A stretch of 63,206 nucleotides of DNA, counting the filler, from Octopus bimaculoides (lineage: Eukaryota): assembly GCF_001194135.2 (NCBI RefSeq). It is 4 parts of 3 records of this genome, joined end to end, with 100 filler letters (N's around TTAATTAATTAA, not from the genome) between each part and the next. Parts side by side here need not be neighbours in the genome. Positions count along the whole stretch, not along the records: positions 35,247 to 60,070 come from NC_068982.1; positions 60,171 to 63,206 come from NC_068983.1; 2 more parts are not named here. One strand, given 5' to 3'. The notes under the pieces are model-generated. The model saw nothing but the letters and a program-made list of their open reading frames with translations. It searched no databases and was not told where the DNA came from. Both the position numbers and the translations under genes were made by a program. Positions 51,611 to 63,206 of this stretch are shown one piece after another; the stretch's first letter is position 1; each line of letters begins with the position of its first letter.

Positions 51611-52846
51611 TAGCATTCATGAACATCAACTGATAACTGATCTCTGATACCAGGAGGGGTGTGTCGAGGGTGGATGCAACAGGAGACAATGGTCAAAAGT
51701 CCACGTCCTACCTTAATGTTACCATTAAAAGCAGCACCAATCCTTTTGCTCCCTGTCTACTATAAAATAACAGTAACACATACCACTGAAAAGTAATTCA
51801 TTCAGAAGATAAAACCACGAAGGTCTGACAGCTTAGAAGCATTGAAGGACCAAACAATTTTATTGTTTCAAATACATACATATATATACCTGTCTGTGTG
51901 CATATGCGTGCATCTATATATATTATATATATATATATATATNNNNNNNNNNNNNNNNNNNNNNNNNNNNNNNNNNNNNNNNNNNNNNNNNNNNNNNNNN
52001 NNNNNNNNNNNNNNNNNNNNNNNNNNNNNNNNNNNNNNNNNNNNNNNNNNNNNNNNNNNNNNNNNNNNNNNNNNNNNNNNNNNNNNNNNNNNNNNNNNNN
52101 NNNNNNNNNNNNNNNNNNNNNNNNNNNNNNNNNNNNNNNNNNNNNNNNNNNNNNNNNNNNNNNNNNNNNNNNNNNNNNNNNNNNNNNNNNNNNNNNNNNN
52201 NNNNNNNNNNNNNNNNNNNNNNNNNNNNNNNNNNNNNNNNNNNNNNNNNNNNNNNNNNNNNNNNNNNNNNNNNNNNNNNNNNNNNNNNNNNNNNNNNNNN
52301 NNNNNNNNNNNNNNNNNNNNNNNNNNNNNNNNNNNNNNNNNNNNNNNNNNNNNNNNNNNNNNNNNNNNNNNNNNNNNNNNNNNNNNNNNNNNNNNNNNNN
52401 NNNNNNNNNNNNNNNNNNNNNNNNNNNNNNNNNNNNNNNNNNNNNNNNNNNNNNNNNNNNNNNNNNNNNNNNNNNNNNNNNNNNNNNNNNNNNNNNNNNN
52501 NNNNNNNNNNNNNNNNNNNNNNNNNNNNNNNNNNNNNNNNNNNNNNNNNNNNNNNNNNNNNNNNNNNNNNNNNNNNNNNNNNNNNNNNNNNNNNNNNNNN
52601 NNNNNNNNNNNNNNNNNNNNNNNNNNNNNNNNNNNNNNNNNNNNNNNNNNNNNNNNNNNNNNNNNNNNNNNNNNNNNNNNNNNNNNNNNNNNNNNNNNNN
52701 NNNNNNNNNNNNNNNNNNNNNNNNNNNNNNNNNNNNNNNNNNNNNNNNNNNNNNNNNNNNNNNNNNNNNNNNNNNNNNNNNNNNNNNNNNNNNNNNNNNN
52801 NNNNNNNNNNNNNNNNNNNNNNNNNNNNNNNNNNNNNNNNNNNNNN

Positions 52847-52896
<50 letters not shown>

Positions 52897-53029
52897 TACT
52901 GTATACACCCACACATATATGTATATAAGTATATATTCATATATACTTATATATATTTATATATATATGTATAAAATATGTATATATGTGTGTGTCTATG
53001 TGCTTGTGTGTATGTGTGTGCATGTGTAC

Positions 53030-53201
53030 ATCATCATCATCATCATCATCGTTTAACGTCTGCTTTCCCTGCTAGCGTGGGTTGGACGATTTGACTGAGG
53101 ACTGGATAGCCACATGGCTGCACCAGGCTTCAATCTGATCTGGCAGAGTTTCTACAGCTGGATGCCTTTCCTAATGCCAACCACTCCGAGAGTGTAGTTC
53201 A

Positions 53202-53234
<33 letters not shown>

Positions 53235-53490
53235 GTGCCAGTGCCCCTGGACTGGCTTGTGCGGGTGGCACATAAAAGACACCATTTCGAGCGTGGCCGT
53301 TTTCGTGCGGGTGACACGTAAAAGCACCCACTACACTCTCTGAGTGGTTGGCGTTAGGAAGGGCATCCAGCTGTAGAAACTCTGCCAAATTAAATTGGAG
53401 CCTGGTGTTGCCATCCGGTTTCACCAGTCCTCAGTCAAATCGTCCAACCCATGCTAGCATGGAAAGCGGACGTTAAACGGTGATGATGAT
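53030..53490. mobile_element. SINE family C inverted pair
   Basis: 53030-53190 is the reverse complement of about 53330-53490. Confidence 0.9.
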
Positions 53491-53689
53491 GTATGTATGT
53501 ATATGTTTATGAACATCTTAATCATCATCTTTTTTATGCCTGCTCTTTCCATACTGTTAAGATTAGCACTAGTCTTAATAAACCAGTATTCTATAGCTGA
53601 GTGCCGTTCCTATCACTAACTCACATCTGATTTTTTTCCTGTAACATGTTTTTCTTGAACTTGTCTCACACAGTGCCAGTTGATTTAAA

Positions 53690-55740
53690 CACAGCCCTGT
53701 CACTGTCCAAACAATGTCAAGTCTGAAGACATGGAAATCGGTGCTCACACACATGGCTTCATAATAGATGAAATGTATAACTTTCTGGAGAAGAAAAATA
53801 AGTTGCCAGAGAAGGAAAAAGGGTACAGAAAGAAGTCAACAAGCTGTTTATTGACTGCATGATATTAAAAGAGGTACAAATAAGAAAGAATTTAAATGTT
53901 GGCTGGATAAAATACGAGAAGGCTTATGGCAATCAGGATCAATGAGAAGATTAACAGTTTTTTTTTTTTGAAAAAGCAATGAGATCATGAGAAGTAGAAC
54001 TAACATGTGCAAAGAAGTTATTAGGAAATATGGAAATATGCAGGGGAATATTCCAAGGAGACATGCTCTCTTCATTACTTTTTGTCATTGTGTTAATCCT
54101 TCTGACAAGTATACAGAAAAAATCCAGGCCTGCCTGTGAGTTTGCTAAAACCAAGGTGAAAATAAATCACCTGCTGTATATAGATGACCTCAAACTATAT
54201 ACCAAAAAAGAAAAAAAATGAAAAAGACCCAGATTCTCTGATCTCAACAGTAAGAGTACTTAGCAAAGATACTGGAATGCAGTTTAAGGTGAATAAGTAT
54301 GCAGTGTTAATTATGAATCAAGGCCAAAAGACAAAATCTGATGATATAAAATTATCACAAAATGATATCATTAGATCTTCAAGAAATAATGAAGGATACA
54401 AGGACCAAGGGGTACTGTAAGAAAATAGGATAATGGAAAGAGAAATGAGAGAGAAAATTTCTGAAGAGGACAAGGAAAGAACTAAGAAGGTGCTCAAAAG
54501 AAAATTGAATGGAGAGAATATCATCAAAGCAATGAATAGATGAGCCAGTATTAGGATACATTGCTAGTTTTCTAAAATGGGCAAAGGCAGAGCTACATGA
54601 CTCAGAAGAACTAGGAAGCTGCTTACAATGCACAATGTGCACCACCCTAAAAGTAATATTGACAGGTTCTACTTACCAAGAAAGGGAAGAGGCTAAATGT
54701 AGGCTAAACTGCTAAATGTAGAAGACACTATTAATAGTATGACACTGGGTTTGTAAAACTATGTTTACAAACTTCTCTTCATAATTAACACTGCATACTT
54801 ATTTACCTTAAACTGCATTCCAGTATCCTTGCTAAGTACTCTTACTGTTGGGATCAAAGAATCCAGGTCTTTATCATAGCGAAGAACAAATATTGTCTGT
54901 GGTTAGATATATCCAAAATGTTACTGAAACAGTAGGAAAATTCAAGAACAGAAAGAAGAGCAAAAGAACAAGTAATCAGCAGGAGAAGGAATTGCATAGC
55001 CAATTCTTGCAACAAACCAAGGATGTTAAAAGTAAGGAACACTAGTTATGGCTAATCACCAGAAACCTGAGACAAGAAACCAAGGTGCTAATTATAACCA
55101 CTCAAGAACAAGCCATGATAATGAATTTGATAAAGGTAAAGATCAATAAAACTCAGAGCGGAAATGCAAAATCTGAGGGGAAAGAGATGAAAGTATTAAC
55201 TATCTTGTAAGTGAATGCAGTAAGCTAGTATAGAAAGAGTATAAGTGCATACATGACTGTATCGGCAAAAGAGTGTATTGGGATGTTATCTGAGGATATG
55301 GATTCAAAGTAGCAGAGAATTGATATGGAGACAAGTCAAAAGCTGTGACAGAGAAGAAGAATTATCGGATTTTATGGGATTTCCCCATAAAGACTGACTT
55401 TACTACTGAAGCAAGAAGATCAGATATGATTGTAGATGACAAAAATCAAGAAATGGAAGATCATTAATTTTGCAATACCATATGACAATATGGTGGATAC
55501 CAAATGAGAGAAATTGATAAATATCAGGACCTAGTTACAAAAATAAAGTGATTGTGGAAGACTAAGATGATAATTATTCCTGAAGTGATTGGTGCTCTTG
55601 GCACAATACCCAAGCAGCTACCTAAGACATTGACATTGCTGATCTGCAGAAAAATACAATTCTTTATTTTGAAAGAATCTGAAAAAAAATTCTTGAGATT
55701 TGAGGTGACTTGTGGTCATCAAACTTCAAGACAATTTTTC
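53690..55740 (+). mobile_element. R4/Dong-like non-LTR retrotransposon, decayed RT + CCHC + RLE
   Basis: ICRGIFQGDMLSSLLFV, INHLLYIDDLKLY, ESI..LVSEC..LV..EY...HD, ILWDFPIKTD, IIPEVIGALGTIPK; many stops and frameshifts. Confidence 0.9.
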
Positions 55741-56432
55741 TCTTTGTGGTAAAGAATTTTTCTCTCCTGTGGTAAAGAAATTCTGTTTGTCATACAAAAT
55801 TCTCTCCTGTGGTAAAGACAATTTTTCTCTCCTGTGGTAAAGAAATTCTGTTTGTCATACAAAATTCTCCCATACATAGTTTTTTCCTGGTAAGTGCAAC
55901 AGATCTAAAAAAATCTGTCTGTTCATTTTGTATTAGTGAGAGGTTTGTCTTCTCATAGCTGTTCTAAGAATGAACCACAGTATCTGGAATCATGTAAGAG
56001 TCTCTACTGCCATTATTGTTGTTATTGATGTTGTCACTATCTTCCAAATAACTTATTAGAGTATTTGAGACATTGTCTTCTGTTAATTATGCTGTTCATT
56101 TTCTTCTTCCACTTGTACATTTTAGCTGTGTGTTTTGCTTTTGTGTTGTCTTTTTTTCCAGTCATTGTTGTGTTTTGTTGTCTGGCATAATTATATGTGC
56201 TAGCCATTTTGAATGTGAGTAAAGTGTTAATAAAATTCTAAAAGTTTGTGAACCAATCCTTTTTTTTCCCCCATCTATTGTCTACCTCGGATATTGAGGG
56301 ATGTCTTTCCTTAGGCAGTAATTTCATTCACAAACACTCTGAATAAAATTTCTTTTGGTAATGCTTGAATAAAACGTGTTTTGAAAGATGAGTCAAAAAG
56401 GCATCTTCACACTACAAGAGTCAAATATAATA

Positions 56433-56470
<38 letters not shown>

Positions 56471-56631
56471 AATGATGATAATAATAATAATAATAATAAG
56501 AAGAAGAAGAAGAAGAAGAAGAAAAAGAAGAAGAAAAAGAAGAAGAAGAAGAAGAGGAAGAGGAAGAAGAAGAGGGAGAAGAGGAATAATAACAACAACA
56601 ACAACAATAACAACAATAATATTAAATACAA

Positions 56632-56931
56632 TCCATTAAAATTTGAAATAAGAAGAATTTGGAGCATGTGAACAGTAAAGGTCGTGCCTGTAATAATTGA
56701 TGTGTTGGGAACAATGAGCCAAGATATAGACAAATGGCTGAAGGAGATTGGAATAGAATGCCCAGTAGAGCTCCTGCAGAAAGTTTGTCTCTTAGGGACA
56801 GCAAGGATTATCAGGAAGGTTCTAAGCACTTGAAAGACTACTGAAAACTTGTGGATACCTAAGGTTACAGGCAGTAACCCGCTACCCACGTAAATCCTAC
56901 CAGGAATAAGACCAAACCTGAGCCAAACCAA

Positions 56932-56935
<4 letters not shown>
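56632..56935 (+). mobile_element. R4/Dong-like LINE 3' end embedded in (TAA)n
   Basis: KYNPLKFEIRRIW..VKVVPVIIDVLGT..LLQKVCLLGTARIIRKVLST*, then 3' UTR and (TAA)n. Confidence 0.85.
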
Positions 56936-56987
<52 letters not shown>

Positions 56988-57000
56988 TAATAACAACAAC

Positions 57001-57036
<36 letters not shown>

Positions 57037-58020
57037 NNNNNNNNNNNNNNNNNNNNNNNNNNNNNNNNNNNNNNNNNNNNNNNNNNNNNNNNNNNNNNNN
57101 NNNNNNNNNNNNNNNNNNNNNNNNNNNNNNNNNNNNNNNNNNNNNNNNNNNNNNNNNNNNNNNNNNNNNNNNNNNNNNNNNNNNNNNNNNNNNNNNNNNN
57201 NNNNNNNNNNNNNNNNNNNNNNNNNNNNNNNNNNNNNNNNNNNNNNNNNNNNNNNNNNNNNNNNNNNNNNNNNNNNNNNNNNNNNNNNNNNNNNNNNNNN
57301 NNNNNNNNNNNNNNNNNNNNNNNNNNNNNNNNNNNNNNNNNNNNNNNNNNNNNNNNNNNNNNNNNNNNNNNNNNNNNNNNNNNNNNNNNNNNNNNNNNNN
57401 NNNNNNNNNNNNNNNNNNNNNNNNNNNNNNNNNNNNNNNNNNNNNNNNNNNNNNNNNNNNNNNNNNNNNNNNNNNNNNNNNNNNNNNNNNNNNNNNNNNN
57501 NNNNNNNNNNNNNNNNNNNNNNNNNNNNNNNNNNNNNNNNNNNNNNNNNNNNNNNNNNNNNNNNNNNNNNNNNNNNNNNNNNNNNNNNNNNNNNNNNNNN
57601 NNNNNNNNNNNNNNNNNNNNNNNNNNNNNNNNNNNNNNNNNNNNNNNNNNNNNNNNNNNNNNNNNNNNNNNNNNNNNNNNNNNNNNNNNNNNNNNNNNNN
57701 NNNNNNNNNNNNNNNNNNNNNNNNNNNNNNNNNNNNNNNNNNNNNNNNNNNNNNNNNNNNNNNNNNNNNNNNNNNNNNNNNNNNNNNNNNNNNNNNNNNN
57801 NNNNNNNNNNNNNNNNNNNNNNNNNNNNNNNNTATATATATATATATATACATACGACGGGCTTCTTTCAGTTTCTGTCTACCAAATCCACTCACAAGAC
57901 TTTGGTCGGCCTGAGGCTATAGTAGAGGACACTTGCCCAAGGTGCCATGCATTGGGACTGAACCCGGAAAAATGTGGCTGGTAAGCAAGCTACTTACCAC
58001 AAGCCACTCCTGCACTTATA

Positions 58021-58068
<48 letters not shown>

Positions 58069-58514
58069 TTGATGACAATAAATTCTTTCTACTATAGGTA
58101 CAGAGCCTGAAATTTGTTGTGGGTGGGGCTAGTTGATTATATTGATCCCAGTGCTCAATTTGCACCTGTTTAATCAACCCCAAAAGGATGAAAGGCAATA
58201 TTATGATAACAACAATGATAATAATAATAATAATTCCTTTCTACTATAGGCACAAAGCCTGAAATTTTGGGGGAGGGGCTGATCAGTCATATTGACCCTA
58301 GTTCTTGACTGGTACCTATTTTGTTGACCCTGAAAGAGTGAAGGGCAAAGTGGGTCTCAGCTGAATTTGAATTTAGAACATAGAGCGAAATACTGCTAAG
58401 CATCTTGCTTAGCATTCTAATAATTCTGCTAGGTTGCTCCCTTTATAATAATAGCAAGAAGAAGAATTACAATTGCTACAATAACAATAGTAATAATAAT
58501 AATTATAGTAATAA

Positions 58515-58930
58515 ATGAAAGCTAATCAACCAGATATTGTTGTCAAGGACAACTTGGCAAAAAAATGCCTTCTAATCAACGTATCAGTCCCAGCAGACAA
58601 TAATGTATCTAAAAGAAATGAAGAAATAATCCAAATATAAAGATCTGGAGATAGAGATAACTCATATGTAGGCCTTGAAAACCAGAAACAGTCCCTAGAA
58701 TAATAAGTGTATTTGGAATGATTAAATAGAACATGGATAAGAATACACAATCAAAATCACAGGACTTACAAAATATATATAACGCACAAAAAATAGCACC
58801 ATTAGGCAGCTTGTACATATTATGAACAGCACTTTCCATCTAGCAAAATTAACAAAACCAAAACAAAACATTGCTCATATCCAATGCATAATATATCTGT
58901 GCTCAGTACTGCAATAAAAAGCAAGCACTA
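58515..58930 (+). mobile_element. R4/Dong-like LINE 3' end
   Basis: KANQPDIVVKD..KKCLLINVSVPADNNV..YKDLEIEI (RLE PD..D motif region). Confidence 0.8.
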
Positions 58931-58980
58931 ATATTATTACTATCTGCTTTCATTATTATTATTATTATTATCACCACCAC

Positions 58981-59028
<48 letters not shown>

Positions 59029-59476
59029 TATTATTATTATTATTATTAAGTCATTCCATTATATGTAAGCCCCCGTAATCTTTGTTCATTTTTTTTTTTT
59101 TGTCCCCTCATAATTTGCTCTGGTGGTAAATAAAAGAAATCATCATCATCGTCGTCGTCATCGTCATCATCANNNNNNNNNNNNNNNNNNNNNNNNNNNN
59201 NNNNNNNNNNNNNNNNNNNNNNNNNNNNNNNNNNNNNNNNNNNNNNNNNNNNNNNNNNNNNNNNNNNNNNNNNNNNNNNNNNNNNNNNNNNNNNNNNNNN
59301 NNNNNNNNNNNNNNNNNNNNNNNNNNNNNNNNNNNNNNNNNNNNNNNNNNNNNNNNNNNNNNNNNNNNNNNNNNNNNNNNNNNNNNNNNNNNNNNNNNNN
59401 NNNNNNNNNNNNNNNNNNNNNNNNNNNNNNNNNNNNNNNNNNNNNNNNNNNNNNNNNNNNNNNNNNNNNNNNNNNN

Positions 59477-59767
59477 ATAATAAGTGTATTTGGAATGATT
59501 AAATAGAACATGGATAAGAATACACAATCAAAATCACAGGACTTACAAAATATATATAACGCACAAAAAATAGCACCATTAGGCAGCTTGTACATATTAT
59601 GAACAGCACTTTCCATCTAGCAAAATTAACAAAACCAAAACAAAACATTGCTCATATCCAATGCATAATATATCTGTGCTCAGTACTGCAATAAAAAGCA
59701 AGCACTAATATTATTACTATCTGCTTTCATTATTATTATTATTATTATCACCACCACCATCATCATC

Positions 59768-59799
<32 letters not shown>

Positions 59800-59815
59800 T
59801 ATCATCATCATCATC
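59477..59815 (+). repeat. Near-identical copy of 58701-59030 across a gap
   Basis: About 270 unique bp appear identical; only the microsatellite tail differs. Confidence 0.9.
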
Positions 59816-60170
59816 GTTATTATTGCATCATGTAAGGTTTATTTATTTCAATTTATTTTCCCTTCACTTACAGCACGATTAAAGTTTCTTAAAAAATGAT
59901 TGAAACCAGTTGCATATTTTGATAAAAAAGGGTAACATTTTCTTTATTTTATTCATCATGGAGTTCTCAAAGTATCTACTCATGTGAAATATCTTGATCT
60001 TTTCAAAATTTATAAACACATACATACATACGTATATGTGCATGTGTGTTTGTGTGCATGTGTATGTATGNNNNNNNNNNNNNNNNNNNNNNNNNNNNNN
60101 NNNNNNNNNNNNNNTTAATTAATTAANNNNNNNNNNNNNNNNNNNNNNNNNNNNNNNNNNNNNNNNNNNN

Positions 60171-60207
<37 letters not shown>

Positions 60208-60558
60208 TACATGTAACAGGGATATTTCTGAAAAAAATATCAAGAAGTATTTATTTATCTAAGTGGTTAATCTGCTTTCCCCACTGCCCACCAAAATAAG
60301 TTAAACATGCCAAAGTCAGAATCAATGATCTCTGAAATATGTAACCAATTCTTAAACTTCAAGATGTCTTCAAGATGCCACATCTGTAAATAACATGTGG
60401 ATAACAACATCTCCATTTTGAAGTAAGTCAGCCATGCAGTAGTGAAGGAACGTTTAACTGGGGCTTTCTTGCTATCAGGCTTTCAGACTACAAATTTAGC
60501 TAAGCACAAACATGTACACACGCACGCACACACGCACGCACAGACAACCACACACACA

Positions 60559-60634
<76 letters not shown>

Positions 60635-60817
60635 ACAAATGCACACGTGTGTGTATTTGTGTGTATGTGTGTATTTGGATAAGTTTATGTCCCACGGGGG
60701 CCAAAGCCTGATGTCTTGGGTTTGAGATATACATACACACATACATACATACACACACATACACACACATACACACATATTTATATATATTACATATACA
60801 TACATATACACACACAC

Positions 60818-60856
<39 letters not shown>

Positions 60857-61073
60857 CACACACACGCACATATATATGTATATATACACACACACAAAAA
60901 GAGAGAATGTAAGCTTTCACTGGTCTCTCAGATAAAGTGTTATTACCAAAATATCAAATTCTTTTCCTTGCCATGGCATACCAGCTTATCAAAACAGACA
61001 AACTTTGAAAATATATTTTGGGATCAACTCATACTACAACCAGTTTCTTTGGAAACTGTTGTTTTCTCTTTAC

Positions 61074-61142
61074 CTGACTGCATGTGGAGTTTGTATGTAT
61101 ATGGGTTCTCTCATGGACAGTTATATCATAGTTGACATTCAA
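61074..61142 (-). CDS. Candidate coding exon (69 nt, phase 0-0)
   Basis: cctttcAG|..CAG|GTAAAG; LNVNYDITVHERTHIHTNSTCSQ; phase-compatible with candidates 62166-62238 and 60267-60383. Confidence 0.25.
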
Positions 61143-61343
61143 CTGAAAGGCTAAAGATGTGTTCTAAGAAACAAATGAAGAGCATTTTGAGAAAGGACAA
61201 GATGAGCGTCAATGAGCCTAAGGGTACTGTCGCTGACGATGGTAGCTGTAAGGAAGTGAGGTTCATATCCAGGAGATGGAGGAAAAGAGTGAGAAAATAG
61301 AATGAAGCACAATGTGGCTTTCAACATTACTATCTTCAACACC

Positions 61344-61395
<52 letters not shown>

Positions 61396-62390
61396 ACCCC
61401 CTTCAGTCATGAATGACCATGGGACTGCACTCAGAAATTTCCCCTCTGAAGCATAAGGTTGTTTATGGAGACCAGCAGTTGCCCATGCATACCAGCTTCT
61501 CCTCTCCATGCCACCAATGTTATCCAAAGGGAAGGCAAAATCTGATACAGTTAGGCACTGGTGATGTTGCAACTCATTTCAGCTGAGTGAATTGGATCAA
61601 TGTGAAATTAAGTGCCCTGCTCAAGAACACAACCATAACCCAGCTTGGGAATTGAACTCCCTATCTCATGATCGTGAGTCTGATGCTCTAAGTTTACACA
61701 CACATATATATATGTACCAACAGGCAATGCTTAAAAGTCTATGTTGGAGCTGTTCAGCTATTAAAAATTTCAATACTAATTGAAGTGAATAGTGGACTTT
61801 GTCATCAGATTGTGATGGACATTTGAAATTTTAAAAACTGTGGTACCAGTGCCATGTTGCACATAAAAGCACCTACTACACTCTCAGAGTGGTTGGCATT
61901 AGGAAGGGCATCCAGCTGTAGAAACTCTGCCAAATCAGATTGGAGCCTGGTGCAGCCACCCCGTTCACCAGTCCTCAGTCAAATCATCCAACCCATGCTA
62001 GCATGGAAAGTGGACGTTAAACGATGATGATGATGATGATGGCAAATGAAAGACAGAAGATCTATATTAATGGAGATATTTCCTCCATCTGGCTGCTTTT
62101 CTTTCTACAAAAGGAGAGGTTACATTGCGGAACTGTTATTTTAATGTGTTCTATTTATTTATCACCTGATGAGACACATCTGCACCACCAGATGCTCCTG
62201 AACCAGTTGTTGAGTGTCCTACCCATGAGGGATCAATGCTAGATGTGTTGAAACAATTGTTGTGATTAATAATAAATTATCTTATATTCCATCTTCTGTC
62301 TTTTATTTGCCGTTTACATAACGATCACTGTGAAAGTGGCCATGCCTTAACAGTAAGCCACCAGGTGTAAACCATTCGTTTTATTATCCA

Positions 62391-62461
<71 letters not shown>

Positions 62462-62958
62462 TAAATGGGTACAAGACGTCACCAACAGTAAACAACATGA
62501 AATACGAAAACAAATGAGTTAAATATACAAATAATGAGAGAAAAAATGGAAAACAAGACAAGTAATATAAAGAACGACCCTTCATCAGTTGTTAGCTGTC
62601 TATCTACTTCCCATTTCGAGCAATCAATATGTATATATAGATACACAGATATTTATATATATGTATAATATTAATTCTATTTGGGTTTCAACCTTGGAAT
62701 TTACTTTATGAAGTCTGTCCATGAGTATCAGCAACTAAATACTATCAGCCAACAAGAATGGGTTTCTTCACTGATGATATGCCTGAAAATATAAACGTTA
62801 GCAAGAATTCAGGTAGTAACTTGTGTTATTGCATAATTCTACAATTGTCTCATTGGTGCTTTACCAGAAGTTTATTGTCAGAATATTATCATATAATATA
62901 TGAAATTATACATCAAATCAGTATTATTCCAGAAAATACTGCAAAAATTATATCCATC

Positions 62959-62989
<31 letters not shown>

Positions 62990-63164
62990 GTATATACCAT
63001 GACTCTGATGAGAGTAACATTAACTCCCTCAGTCGTTCAATTTTTCTCAACCAATTAATGGAGTAATTGAGTAAAATAATTCATGAATAAACCTATAATC
63101 ATAATCAGAAACAGCTGTTAGTGGAATTTACTACAATAAAGGAATATGTAATGATGTACCTCAT

Positions 63165-63206
<42 letters not shown>

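Noticed and set aside
50752-51696. 314-aa His-rich and 174-aa Ile-rich ORFs
   Set aside because: Translations of a compound GAT/GGT microsatellite; no splice or domain support
2743-59616. Long ORFs in the ORF track
   Set aside because: They run through N gaps or dinucleotide repeats (poly-HT, YI, CV) and are artefacts

Overview
Eukaryotic, AT-rich, microsatellite-saturated draft-assembly window with many N gaps and three artificial 44N-TTAATTAATTAA-44N joins. The SINE repertoire is most consistent with an octopus genome (inference, no search run). No intact protein-coding gene is recognisable; only a few weak minus-strand exon candidates. The window is a transposon graveyard: several tRNA-derived SINE families, mariner, Tc1, pogo, hAT and piggyBac-like DNA elements, R4/Dong-like and RTE LINE fragments, and Penelope-like (GIY-YIG) remnants. 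The standout signal is about ten hammerhead ribozyme (HHR) motifs on both strands. They include two independent fold-back units in which each arm encodes a type I HHR in opposite polarity (39881-40134 and 21776-21909, the latter abutting a Penelope GIY-YIG fragment), a tRNA-headed SINE carrying an HHR (40981-41272), and a two-copy family with a non-canonical CUGUNGA core. All HHR calls were made by eye from base-pairing; none were tested. Repeat boundaries are approximate unless TIR/TSD sequences are quoted.
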